From assembly GCA_009914755.4 (NCBI GenBank), contig CP086569.2, positions 608,001-672,000 of the forward strand: DNA of 64,000 nucleotides, written 5' to 3'. The notes beneath the pieces were generated by a model, which made no database searches, was not told where the DNA came from, and saw nothing but the letters and a program-made list of their open reading frames with translations. Source of the DNA: the human T2T-CHM13v2.0 reference genome, Homo sapiens. The position numbers and the translations under genes were made by a program. Of the stretch, positions 1 through 14,984 are shown one piece after another (the first letter of the stretch is position 1; each line of letters starts with the position of its first letter).

Positions 1-2
1 AT

Positions 3-479
<477 letters not shown>

Positions 480-1410
480 TAAATGATGTCTACAAAAAGC
501 AAATCCTACAGTCACGGGTGCAGGTACATTTTTCTTTGCAATTCTAGCAAATTCTCCCCTTGGGAATACAAAATACGCCATTCTTTTTTTTAATTCTTGT
601 TTTAAGGATGGCCACTGTCACAGAACATGAGTGAGGGACGGTATCTGCGTACGTTGAAAATGCTCACGGTTTCTGGTGCAGAGATTTCTCTGGAGTAATG
701 GCATTTTTCTGTGTGGCAGTTAGCATTTAGAGTGAATAGAGTTTTTCTCTCTCTCTTTTTTTTTTTTTTTTGCAGTGTTATGCACTCGAAAATGTCATCT
801 TTTTTCTATTCCTTTTAAAATCAAATTACAACCTGACATTCAATAAAATATCTTTTGCGCAACTAATAAAAACAAGACCCTCGCTGCCTTGACAATTAAG
901 GCACGGGGTCCGACACGCCGCCTCCGATACAGTTTACGGCTTCCCTTTGATGTCAGGGTTTCCTATATTAAAAAAAAAAAAGAGCCCCATTATTTATTAA
1001 TAGCCTTCTGTGTTTTAAACGTTTCTTTTTCTTGTGTGGAGAGAAAAAAAATCATTTGCCTTTTAATGGGGTGTCAGATTTGCTTTCGAAACCTTCTAAA
1101 AGGTTATCGTTGTTGAATACGAACAAGTTTCTTTCTGCGGAATCAATGAAGACTCTGTTTCCCGGGCTGCTCCGTGGAAAACTTAATTTCACCATTTTGC
1201 AAAGTGCAGGGCTGGGACGTTTCACTGCGGTTAACTATTTTCACATGGAAGGTAAAGAAAAATGCAAAGTCCTCACACGTACTAAATAACCTGCAGGCTG
1301 CCTTATGTCCGGGACGTCTTGCAACGGCCTGGCGGTTAGAGCTCACGGAGATGTCCAGTTCAATTAGATGCTTCGTAAACCTGCTAGCAATTAACTCAGC
1401 CAGGAGCTGA

Positions 1411-1875
<465 letters not shown>

Positions 1876-1951
1876 TCCAAGTTCTATTGTAACCCATCTC
1901 TAACTTTGATTGTAACTGTAGGGAGGACAGATAGAATAGAATTTAGACCCA

Positions 1952-2027
1952 GGCTGGGTGCAGTGGTTCATGCCTGCAGTCCCAGCACTTTGGGAGGCTG
2001 AGGCAGGTGCATTGCTTGAATCCAGGC
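1952..2027 (+). mobile_element. Alu fragment (left monomer only)
   Basis: ggctgggtgcagtggttcatgcctgcagtcccagcactttgggaggctgaggcagg... then breaks off. Confidence 0.7.
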
Positions 2028-2118
2028 TGAGTGGTACAAAAAGTACCCTCAACTCTACAGTTGGAAGAGTAGACATTTAGACCTGGACAGAGTGTCTGTC
2101 CAGGCCTAAATTCTATTC

Positions 2119-2406
2119 TTTTTTCCTTTTTTTTTTCTTTTTGAGGCAGGGCCTCGCTCTATCACTCTGGCTGGACTGCCGTGGTACAGCCTCGGCTCAT
2201 TGCAACCTCTGCCCCCTGGGCTCCTGCCTCAGCCTCCTGAGTAGCTGGGATCACAGGTGCCCGCCACCACGCCTGGCTAAGTTTTGTATTTTTGGTAGAG
2301 TTGGGTGTTTTTGTGTGTGTCATTCAGGCTGGGTTCAAGCAATCCACCTGTCTCGGGCTCTCAAAGTGCTGGGACTAACAGGCGTGAACCACTGCACCCA
2401 GCCTGG
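2119..2406 (-). mobile_element. Alu SINE
   Basis: Reverse-complement Alu with poly-T head; TSD tctaaattctattc / tctaaattatattc. Confidence 0.9.
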
Positions 2407-2563
2407 GTCTAAATTATATTCTACCTGTAGGCAGGACAGATAGAATAGAATTTAGAGATGGGTTAGAATAGCATTTAGAGATGGATTATTTTTTGTTTGT
2501 TTGATTTTGCTATAGGGCAGGGTGCTCAAAAGCAGCTGTGAGTCTGTTTAGATAACAGTGGAC

Positions 2564-3254
<691 letters not shown>

Positions 3255-3489
3255 TAATTCCATTCTTCTTCAAGGTATTACATGTAAGAAGTTGAAAGGT
3301 CACCTTGTTTGTGTATGGATTATTGGTGGCTGAACTGCCTCTGAAATTCCTCTGTCATTGAGAAGAGCAGGGGTAGGTGTTCTGAGGGTGTAGAGAGGTG
3401 AAAGGAACAACCCGTAGTGGAGTTAATCCCAGGACCGTAGGTGACCCAGGGTTGATAAAGTCATCTGTGAGAAGTAAATGATATAAACA

Positions 3490-4765
3490 GGGTCAGGTCA
3501 ACCTGTACAGGACTATGAACTTAATACACTTTACCTTAATAGACTGCTTCCTTGCTGTGATGAGTTCATGAAGTAGAAAGGGTGTCACCAGCCCACAGCC
3601 TGCACAGGACCAGGACTTCAATGCACTTGACCTCTCATTCCCTGAGTGAGGAACCCATGAAATGAGGGGGAGTCTCACCAGCTCAGAACCTGCACAGGAC
3701 TAGGACCTCAACACACTTGACCGTTCTTTCCCTGTGTGAGGAATATATGAAGTGAGGAGGAATCTCACCAGCCCAGAGCCTGCACAGGATGAGGACCTCA
3801 ATACACTTGTCCACTCTTTCCCTGTGTGAGGAATATATGAAGTGACAAGTGTGTCTCCAGCCCAGAGCCTACACATGACTAGGACCTCAATACACTTGAC
3901 TTCTCCCTCCTCATGTGAGGAATAGATGAAGTGACGAGGGTCTCATCAGCCCACAACCTCCACAGGACCAGGACCTCAATACACTTGACTTCTCCTTCCC
4001 CATGTGAGGAATAGATGAAGTCACGAGGGTGTCACCAGCCCACAGTCTGCACAGGATGAGGACCTCAATACACTTTAACACTCTTTCCCTGTGTGAGGAA
4101 TATATGAAGTCACGAGGGTGTCATCAGCCCAGAGCCTGCACATGACTAGGACTTCAATACACTTGACTTCTCCTTCCCCATCTGGGGAATAGATGAAGTC
4201 ATGAGGGTGTCACCACTCCAGAGCCTGCCCAGGACCAGGACCTCAATACACTTGACCACTCTTTCCCTGTGTGAAGAATACATGAAGTGAGGAGGGTGTC
4301 ACCACCCCAGAGCCTGCCCAGGACCAGGACCTCAATACACTTGACCACTCTTTCCCTGTGTGAGGAATACATGAAGTGATGAGGGTGTCACCAGCACAGA
4401 ACCTACACATGACTAGGACCTCGATACACTTGACTTCTCCCTCCTCATGTGAGGAATAGATGAAGACACGAGGGTGTCACCAGCCCAGAGCCTGCACAGG
4501 ACCAGGACCTCAATACACTTGGCCCCTCCTTCCCTGTGTGAGGAAGATATGAAGTGAGAGGTTCTCATTAGCCCAGAGCCTGCACCAGACAAGGACCTCA
4601 ATATGCTTGGCCTCTCCTTCCTCATGTGAGGAATATATGAAATGAGAAAGGTCTCACCAGCCCAGAGCCTCCACAGGATCAGGACCTCAATACACTTGAC
4701 CTGTCCTTCCCTGTGTGAGGAATAGATGAAGTGAAAATGGTCTCATCAGCCCAGAGCCTGCATTT
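3490..4765. repeat. Minisatellite, 89-90 bp unit x ~14
   Basis: Recurring unit ...caccagcccagagcctgcacaggaccaggacctcaatacacttgac...ttccctgtgtgaggaatatatgaagtgaggag...; tgcacagg recurs at 3601, 3691, 3781, 3870... Confidence 0.9.
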
Positions 4766-5274
4766 TCATTCCACTCTTCCAATTTGGCCACAACACTGTA
4801 GAGTTGGACAGTCCCAGAGCCCCCCAAAATAGTCACTGAAGCCAAAATATCAGGAAGAGAAGAACTAGCTGTCTTTTCTATGCCATATTTTATCAGTGCA
4901 GACAGCTTTGAGGCTGATGTTCAAAGAATCCAAAAAAGGTAAGCATTTAATTATTTGTCCTTAATTGTAATACTCATTAAGGATTCCACCTTTATCATTA
5001 GCATATCATAAGATATCTTTCTTATGCAGATGAAAGTTGTGGAGATTCACTCTCTAGACAGCATTTAGTGAGATTAGGGTACTCAACCTACATCCATATC
5101 AAGGTAGCAGAAACGCATCTGAGAAAATTTAACCACTTATTTTGCCATGGTTCATGGAGATGACCTTAAGTGTGTCTGTCACCAAAAGGGACTTTGTAGG
5201 GTGAGAGTGATATAGTACATTGTCAAGGGAAGTTTGCTGATATCTAAGGCTGTTTTCTGGAATCTCCCTGTTGT

Positions 5275-5365
5275 GAGGAATCTATAAGGTGAGGAGGGCG
5301 TCATCAGCCCAGATCCTACACAGGACTAGGGACTCAATACACTTGACCTGTCCTCCTCTGCATGA
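5275..5365. repeat. Solitary diverged unit of the 89-bp minisatellite
   Basis: tgtgaggaatctataaggtgaggagggcgtcatcagcccagatcctacacaggactagggactcaatacacttgacc matches the upstream array unit. Confidence 0.75.
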
Positions 5366-5564
5366 GATCTGATGTCTCCATATCTTTTCCTGGTATGGCT
5401 CACAACCGAAACTTCACCTGAGTACAACAAAAACCCAGCCATGTTTTGCTGGGGCCACATCACATCCTTCCCATGATGGATTCTTTGGCCCAGTTTCCAG
5501 GGAGTATTCTTGGGTTTATCATATGTAGATACAGTCCTTGTTACCTCGACCTTAAAGCATCTTT

Positions 5565-6161
<597 letters not shown>

Positions 6162-6656
6162 TGAGATTCAGTCTTAAAAACAAAAAAACGAAAAGAAAAA
6201 GAAAAAAGAAAGCATCCAGGTGATCTTCCCTATGGGTCATAGATGTCTTCACCCAGGGTGAATGTAGAACCGTGCACACCCAGACAATGCTGAGAATGAA
6301 GTGTGTAGGACTCAGATACAGATGATCTCAGGTAGAGGCTGCAGCTAGAAGCATTATTAAAGGTCCACATTAGCTTTCCCTCCCCTTCTCCCTGGGATGC
6401 TGCTACCCTCATTGAAGCTTCAGCCACCACATGCTCTCTACCGAGACGGCAGCTTCCCAAAGTGCTCCTCAACTCCCATCCTTGACTTCTTCCAGTCATT
6501 CTCCACGTAGCAGCTAATATTCTTTGAAGTCAAATTACGTCATTCTCATGCCTCTAAGGTAGGAAGCAGGACATGACCGCAGAGGCAGGGCTAAGACACT
6601 GGACCAGGTTGAGGACTAGCTAAAGCAGGTCTAGGGCAGAAGCAGCTCTCCATTAG

Positions 6657-7003
6657 TGATGTGGTTTGGCTGTGTCCCTACCCAAATCTCATCTCGAATT
6701 GTAGCTCCCATAATTCCCATGTGTTGTGGAAGATAATTTCATCATGGAGGCAGTTCCCCCATACTGTTCTTGTGGAAGTGAATAAGTCTCATGAGATCTG
6801 ATGGTTTTAGAAGGGTAAATCTGTTTCATGTGGTTCTCATTCTCTTCTTGCCTGCCGCCATGTAAGAAGTCCCTTGCTCTTGCGCGATGATCGTGAGGTT
6901 TCCCCAGCCAAGTGGAAGTGTAAGTCCATTAAACCTCTTTCCTGTATAAATTATGCAGTCTTGGATATGTCTTTATTGGCAGCATGAGAACAGACAAATA
7001 CGA
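6657..7003 (+). mobile_element. THE1-type MaLR solo LTR
   Basis: Starts tgatgtggtttggctgtgtccctacccaaatctcatctcgaattgtagctcccataattcccatgtgttgtgg... and ends ...ccagccaagtggaagtgtaagtccattaaacctctttcctgtataaattatgcagtcttggatatgtctttattggcagcatgagaacagac, matching THE1/MST LTR consensus from memory. Confidence 0.7.
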
Positions 7004-7289
7004 AAGGACACACCCACCAGTACCATGTCATGCTACAAATACAATAAGACACACCCACCTGGTCCCATTTCCATGACAACACCCAGATGTTACTGCTCCT
7101 TTCCATGGCAATGACCCAATGACCCAGAAGGGGGTATATTTTTTTTCTAGAAATTACTGCAAAACCTGCCCCTTAATTTGCATGTAATTGGAAGCATTGA
7201 TAAATATGATTGTGGAACTGCCTCTGAGCTGCTACTCTGGACTCAGTGCCCATGGGTAAGCCTGCTCTGCAAAGACCAGCACCTCTGCT

Positions 7290-7935
7290 GCTGCTGTGAA
7301 CTGCCACTTCATAACAGTTGGTGGGACTGTCAATTAGTTCAACCACCGTGGAAGACAGCGTGGCAATTCCTCAAGGATCTAGAACCAGAAATAGCATTTG
7401 ACCCAGCAATCCCATGACTGGGTACACACCCAAAGGATTATAAATCATTCCACTATAAACACGCATGCATGCGTGTCTTTATTGCGGCACTGTTCACAAT
7501 AGCAAAGACTTGGAACCAACCTAAATGCCCATCAATGATAGACTGGATGAAGAAAATGTGGCACATAGACACCATGGAATACTATGTGGCCATCAAAAAG
7601 AATGAGTTCATGTCCTTTACAGGGACATGGATGAAGCTGGAAACCATCATTCTCAGCAAACTAACATAGGAACAGAAACCAAACACTGCATGTTCTCACT
7701 CATAAGTGGGAGTTGAACAATGAGAACACATGGACACAGGGAAGGGAACATCACACACTGGGGCCTGTCAGGGGATGGGGGGTTAGGGGAGGGATATCAT
7801 TAGAAGAAATACCTAATGTAGATCATGGGTTGGTGGGTGCAGCAAGCCGCCATGTCATGTGTATACTTATGTAACAAAACTGCACTTTCTGCCCATGTAC
7901 CCCAGAACTTAAAGTATAATAATAATAAAAAAAAG
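7290..7935 (+). mobile_element. LINE-1 3' end (ORF2 C-terminal remnant + 3'UTR + polyA), young L1PA-like
   Basis: Supplied ORFs 7178-7417 and 7469-7669 translate to L1 ORF2 C-terminus (...DCQLVQPPWKTAWQFLKDLEPEIAFDPAIP; FIAALFTIAKTWNQPKCPSMIDWMKKMWHIDTMEYY...); 3'UTR ...cctaatgtagatcatgggttggtgggtgcagcaagccgccatg...cccagaacttaaagtataataataataaaaaaaa. Confidence 0.9.
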
Positions 7936-8276
7936 TTGGTGTCTAACACCACCAGCTCACTCTTGAGTTATTTTCTAGATGAGACCAAAAACCCTTCCAG
8001 GCTAAGCCCCAATTTGGGGCTCACCTGCCCAGCGCCATCTCCAACCTTCACCTTCAATTTCTTCTGTTTCTTCCCCGGGACATGGAATAAATCCACCCTG
8101 GACTTTGAGCCCCAGATATGGGGATGTAGCAAACTTCTCAGGCTCCCACCCACAGTGTGCCCACTCTGCAGCTCCTTTTTCCATGTCCCTAACACTCTTA
8201 GCTCTTTCCAGCCTCCAGGTGCTGGACGTGGTGGGTGCCTCTCCCTGTAGTTCCCTCTCCAGCTCATATGTGGCTC

Positions 8277-8840
8277 TTTCTCTCTCTTCTTCTTCTTCTT
8301 CTTCTCCTCCTTCTCCTTCTCCTCCTCCTCCTCCTCTTCCTCCTTTTCCTCCTTTTCCTCCTTCTCCTTGTCCTTCCCTCCTCCTCCTTCTCCTCCTTCT
8401 CCTCCTCCTCCTCTTCTTTCTCCTCCTCTTCCTTCTCCTCCTCCTTCTCCTCGTCCTTCTCCTTCTCCTCCTCCTTCTCCTTCTCCTCGTCCTTCCCTCC
8501 TCCTCCTCCTCTTCTTTCTCCTCCTCTTCCTTCTCCTCATCCTTCTCCTCCTCCTCCTTCTCCTCCTCCTCATCCTTCTCCTCCTCCTTCTCATCCTTCT
8601 CCTCCTCCTCCTCGTCCTTCTCCTTCTCCTCCTTCTCCTCCTCCTCCTTCTCCTCCTCCTCATCCTTCTCCTCCTCCTTCTCATCCTTCTCCTCCTCCTC
8701 CTTGTCCTTCTCCTTCTCCTCCTTCTCCTCCTCCTCCTACTCCTCCTCCTCCTTCTCCCCGTACTTCTCCTTCTCCTCCTCCTCCTTCTCCTCCTCCTTT
8801 TCCTTCTCCTTCTTCTTGTTTTTTTGTTCTTCTTCCTCTC
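8277..8840. repeat. (TCC/TTC)n polypyrimidine simple repeat, ~560 bp
   Basis: Uninterrupted pyrimidine-only run on + strand (ttcttcttctcctccttctcc...); source of the 306-aa poly-R/E ORF on the minus strand. Confidence 0.95.
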
Positions 8841-8889
8841 TCCACCCCACCCCTCATCCTTCCACAGTCTGGGGAGCTTAAACAACAAA

Positions 8890-9895
8890 TATTTATATTC
8901 TCTGTTCTGGAGATCAGAAGTTTGAGATGAAGGTGTCTCAGGATTGCACTTCCTCTGCAGGCTTTAGGGGAGGATGCTTCCTGCCACTCCCAGCTCCTGG
9001 GGGGTCCAGGCGTCCCTGGGCTTGTGGCCTCATCACTCCAGTCTCTGCCTCCATCTCCATGTGACCTTCTCCTCTGTGTCTGTGTCTCCTCTTCTGTCTC
9101 TTAGAAGGACACCTGTCATTGCATTTAGGGCCCAGCCTAATCCAGGATAACCTCATCTCAAACTCCTTCAGTTCATTGTATCTGCAAAGACCCTATTTTC
9201 AAATAAGTTCTCGTTCACAGATACTGGGAGCTTAAAACTACAGAAATTTATTCTCTCTCTGTCCTGGAGACCATGACTCTGAGATGAAGATATCTCAGGG
9301 CCGTGCTCCCTCCACAGTCTCTAGGGGAGGGTCCTTCCTGCCTCTCCCAGCTCCTGGGTGCTCCAGGCATCCCTGGCTTGTGGCCGCCTCACTCCAGTCT
9401 CTGCCTCCGTCTCCACGTGGCCTTCTCCTCTGTGTCTGTGTCTCCTCTTCTGTCTCTTAGAAGGACATTTACCATTGCATTTAGGGCCCATCCTAATCCA
9501 GGATTATCTCATCTCCAGATCCTTAATTACATCTACAAATAACCTTTTTCCAAATGAGGTCCCATTCCCAGGTTCCTGGGCTTAGGACATGGACATATCT
9601 TTTGGACGTCACCACCCAACCCATTGCAGTTGTGTTTTGTTCTTCCTGGAGGCTCTAGGGGAGGGTCCTTCCTGCCTCTCCCAGCTCCTGGGGGCTCCAG
9701 GCATCCCTGGGCTTGAGGCCCCATCACTCCAGTCTCTGCCTCTGTCTCCACGTGGCCTTCTCCTCTGTGTCTGTGTCTCCTCTTCTGTCTCTTAGAAGGA
9801 CACCTGTCATTGCATTTAGGATCCACCCTAATCCAGAATGATGTCATTCTAACTTAACTGCATTGGTAAAGACTGTCTTTCCAAATAAGACGACG
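8890..9895. repeat. Tandem array (~3 units of 255-395 bp) of an interspersed-repeat-derived sequence
   Basis: Units each contain ...ctctaggggagggtccttcctgcc...cttgtggcc...cactccagtctctgcctccgtctccacgtggccttctcctctgtgtctgtgtctcctcttctgtctcttagaaggacacctgtcattgcatttagggcccagcctaatccagga...; same family as 61745-62905 in opposite orientation. Confidence 0.85.
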
Positions 9896-10849
9896 TTGCC
9901 TAGTTGTAGGGCTTTGGAGTTCAACATTTTTTTTTTTTTGGAGAGCCCCCTATTCAACCTGTAACATTAAATATTATATATTATTCCCCTCTTCAACCCA
10001 TAACATCATATATTATATATTATAAATGGTTGTTCTTTCTACATTATCAACATATCATTATCTATTTATATTTTATAAGTGCTTTAGAAAGAAAGAAAAT
10101 GAATGGGGTTATATGATGAATGAGTCAGCTGTGTTCATCCCTCCTGATGGAAAATGAAGGTGGCCAAAATGCTAAATTGAGAATTCATTTGTCCCCTAAA
10201 GATATAGCCTTAGTAGGCCAGCATGAGGCCATTTTCTTGTCTTCCTTTTCCGTTCATACGATGATCTATATTCTATTCTCCTTATACACTAACTCTGTGT
10301 GATCTTTGCCTAGATAAACTTTCATCAAACGACTAATGAACAGAAAGTTTAAAAAATAGATTAATCACCAAATAATTGCGTTCGGAGTGTGTCCAAGTAT
10401 AGAAAAATCAGGGCATTCGCAGATAAGAACAGATTTCAATATTTATGAAGTACTTTTTCTATAATTAAGAAGAATTCTGCAAAAGATTTTTATTGTCATT
10501 ATTCTTTTGAATCTTAATCCATAAATGGTTATCAAATCATTAAAAGAAAAATGTATAACCCCAACATGAATTATCTTTCCTTTGATGAGCCTGGCAGAAT
10601 ATCAGTCGTTTTAGGTGTTTGGATCACTTTTGAGGATACATAAATGGCATTAGAAGTTTTCAGTCTAATTATAAGTCTGAAAACAGGGGCAGAAAAGAAG
10701 AGACACAAACAAAAGAGGAAGACAAAAAGTGGAGTGAGAGACATTGTGACATCCAGATGATGGAGGGGAATGAGGCATTTGTGCATTATTACCTTGGAAG
10801 TTCTCTAAAGATGGAATATATTCTGTGTCATCGTGTAAGCCAAAAATGA

Positions 10850-11168
<319 letters not shown>

Positions 11169-11399
11169 TGAACTGACCCTCTCTTAACCAAGGAGACTCC
11201 AGAGAAAAACTAGATTCCTGGCTGGGATGGTGAATATTGAGTGTCAACTTGATTGGATTGAAGAATGCAAAGTATTCATTGAGGCTGTGTCTGTGAGGTT
11301 CTTGCCAAAGGATATTCACACTGGAGCCAGTGGACTGAGAGAGGCAGACCCACCTTCTCTCTGGGTGGGCACCATCCCATCAGCTGCCAGCTGGGCTAG

Positions 11400-11748
<349 letters not shown>

Positions 11749-11864
11749 AAGTCTGCCCTGTTGGCCTCCCTGCTTTTGATGTTTTGGGATGTGGACGGGA
11801 TTCACCACTGGCTTTCTGGCTTCTCAACTTGCAGATGGCCTGTTGTGGGATTTTCACCTTGTGA

Positions 11865-12188
<324 letters not shown>

Positions 12189-12326
12189 TAATTTTTTTGT
12201 ATTTATAGTAGAGACGGGGTTTCTCCATGTTGGTCAGGTTGGTCTCGAACTCCTGACTTCAGGTGATCCACCTGTCTCAGCCTCCCAAAGTGCAGGGATG
12301 ACAGGCGTGAGCCATTGCACCTGGCC
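12189..12326 (-). mobile_element. Alu fragment (left-monomer side)
   Basis: tagagacggggtttctccatgttggtcaggttggtctcgaactcctgacttcaggtgatccacctgtctcagcctcccaaagtgcagggatgacaggcgtgagccattgcacctggcc. Confidence 0.75.
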
Positions 12327-12642
12327 AATAAACTCGCTTTTATATATTAATCAATCCTATTAGTTCTGTCCCTCTAGCCAACCCTGATTAATATGCTGGC
12401 CATGATGAAAATGGAGATCAGATAGCACTTGTTATACCTGGCACCCTTGGAGTTTAGGCCCAGCTGACCATTAATGTTGAAAAAAGGTAAATAAAGGTTA
12501 AAAAAGGGGGTCATAAGACACAAGAACATACTCTTGGCAGCAATAAGATACCAAATTCCTGCCTGACTCTGGTGTACCCTTATGTGACACAGAGCAGGAC
12601 CTGGAGGAAATCTAAATATTTTACCCTAAAATGTATTTTTTT

Positions 12643-12808
12643 GGCCGGGTGCAGTGGCTCACGGCTGTAATCCCAGCACTTTGGGAGGCTGAGGTGGGTG
12701 GGTCACAGGGTCAGGAGTTTGAGACCAGCCTGACCAACATGGTGAAACTCCGTGTCTACTAAAAATACAAAAATTAGCCAGGTGTGGTGGCAGGCACCTG
12801 TCATGCCA
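12643..12808 (+). mobile_element. Alu fragment (3'-truncated)
   Basis: ggccgggtgcagtggctcacggctgtaatcccagcactttgggaggctgaggtgggtgggtcacagggtcaggagtttgagaccagcctgaccaacatggtgaaactccgtgtctactaaaaatac... Confidence 0.8.
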
Positions 12809-12989
12809 GGTGGGTTTTACTCAGTCACCATTAATAAGACAAACCAACACAGGGAGGGGTCCATTGTGAAGCTGTAACTCAATTTTATAAACAAAATAAT
12901 AAAAATAATACAAAAACATGAGACATTTGCTGCTGGAGAGAGGAAGAGAGAAAGAAAGGGGCAGACAGAAGACACACAAAATAAAAAAC

Positions 12990-13467
<478 letters not shown>

Positions 13468-13489
13468 ACAAAATATTTTTTAAAATGAG

Positions 13490-14201
<712 letters not shown>

Positions 14202-14221
14202 TAAAAATTTTTTAAAAAACA

Positions 14222-14368
14222 TCCGGGCATGGTGGCATGCACCTGTAGTTCCAGCTTCTTACTCAGTTGAGGCAGAAGGATGACTTAAGCCCAGGAGTTG
14301 GAGGCTGCAGTGAGGCAGCCAGGATCATTTCCCTGCAGTCCAGCCTGGGTGACAGAGCAAGACCCTGA
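14222..14368 (+). mobile_element. Alu right-arm fragment
   Basis: catccgggcatggtggcatgcacctgtagttccagcttcttactcagttgaggcagaaggatgacttaagcccaggagttggaggctgcagtgaggcagccaggatcatttccctgcagtccagcctgggtgacagagcaagaccctg. Confidence 0.75.
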
Positions 14369-14408
14369 GAAAGAAGAAGGAAAGAAAAAAAGAAAGAAAG
14401 AAGGAAAA

Positions 14409-14468
<60 letters not shown>

Positions 14469-14575
14469 GAAAGAAAGAAAGAAAAGAGAAAGAAAGAAAA
14501 GGAAGGAAGGAGAGAAAGAAGAGAAAGAAAAGAAACAAAGAAGAAAGGAGAAAAGAAAAAAGGAATTATGGAAAA
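14368..14575. repeat. (GAAA)n / (AAAG)n simple repeat
   Basis: agaaagaaagaaagaaag... purine-only tract forming the tail of the preceding Alu fragment. Confidence 0.95.
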
Positions 14576-14984
14576 GAAAGCAGGGGGAGACGTTGGGAAG
14601 ACAGCCAGAAAAGGCCCTGTCCTTTCCCCGGGCCCTGGCTGACCGTGTAATGGCAAATTGATATAGGGCTGCAGCCCTGTCCTTCATGGAAAGTGACTGA
14701 GAGATCTGTCAGGACCCGTGTGCGCATTTTGATCTGCAGAAAGATTGAATTAGGCAGGGGATTAGAGTGGGGAACATTGCGATGCTTGCCGTTGTGAAAA
14801 CAAATGTCAGGTAGGCGTTCATTAGGCGGGCTGGGAGCAAGCCAGCTCTGTAGAAAGCACATTTATAGCCCACGAGGACACAGCATTTGACCTTGTCCCG
14901 TTGGAAGAAGCGGGGAGGGGGGTGGCGGATCCCAGGAGTTGATTTGTACGGCAGTGGCAATGAGTGGGTTGGGGGCTATTTGTT

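Noticed and set aside
7968-8888. 306-aa minus-strand ORF rich in Arg/Glu/Gly (RRRRRR...EEEE), and the 258/231/185-aa plus-strand S/F/L/P-rich ORFs
   Set aside because: Pure translation of the 560-bp (TCC/TTC)n·(GGA/GAA)n simple repeat. It has no complexity, no start context and no domain. It is not a gene.
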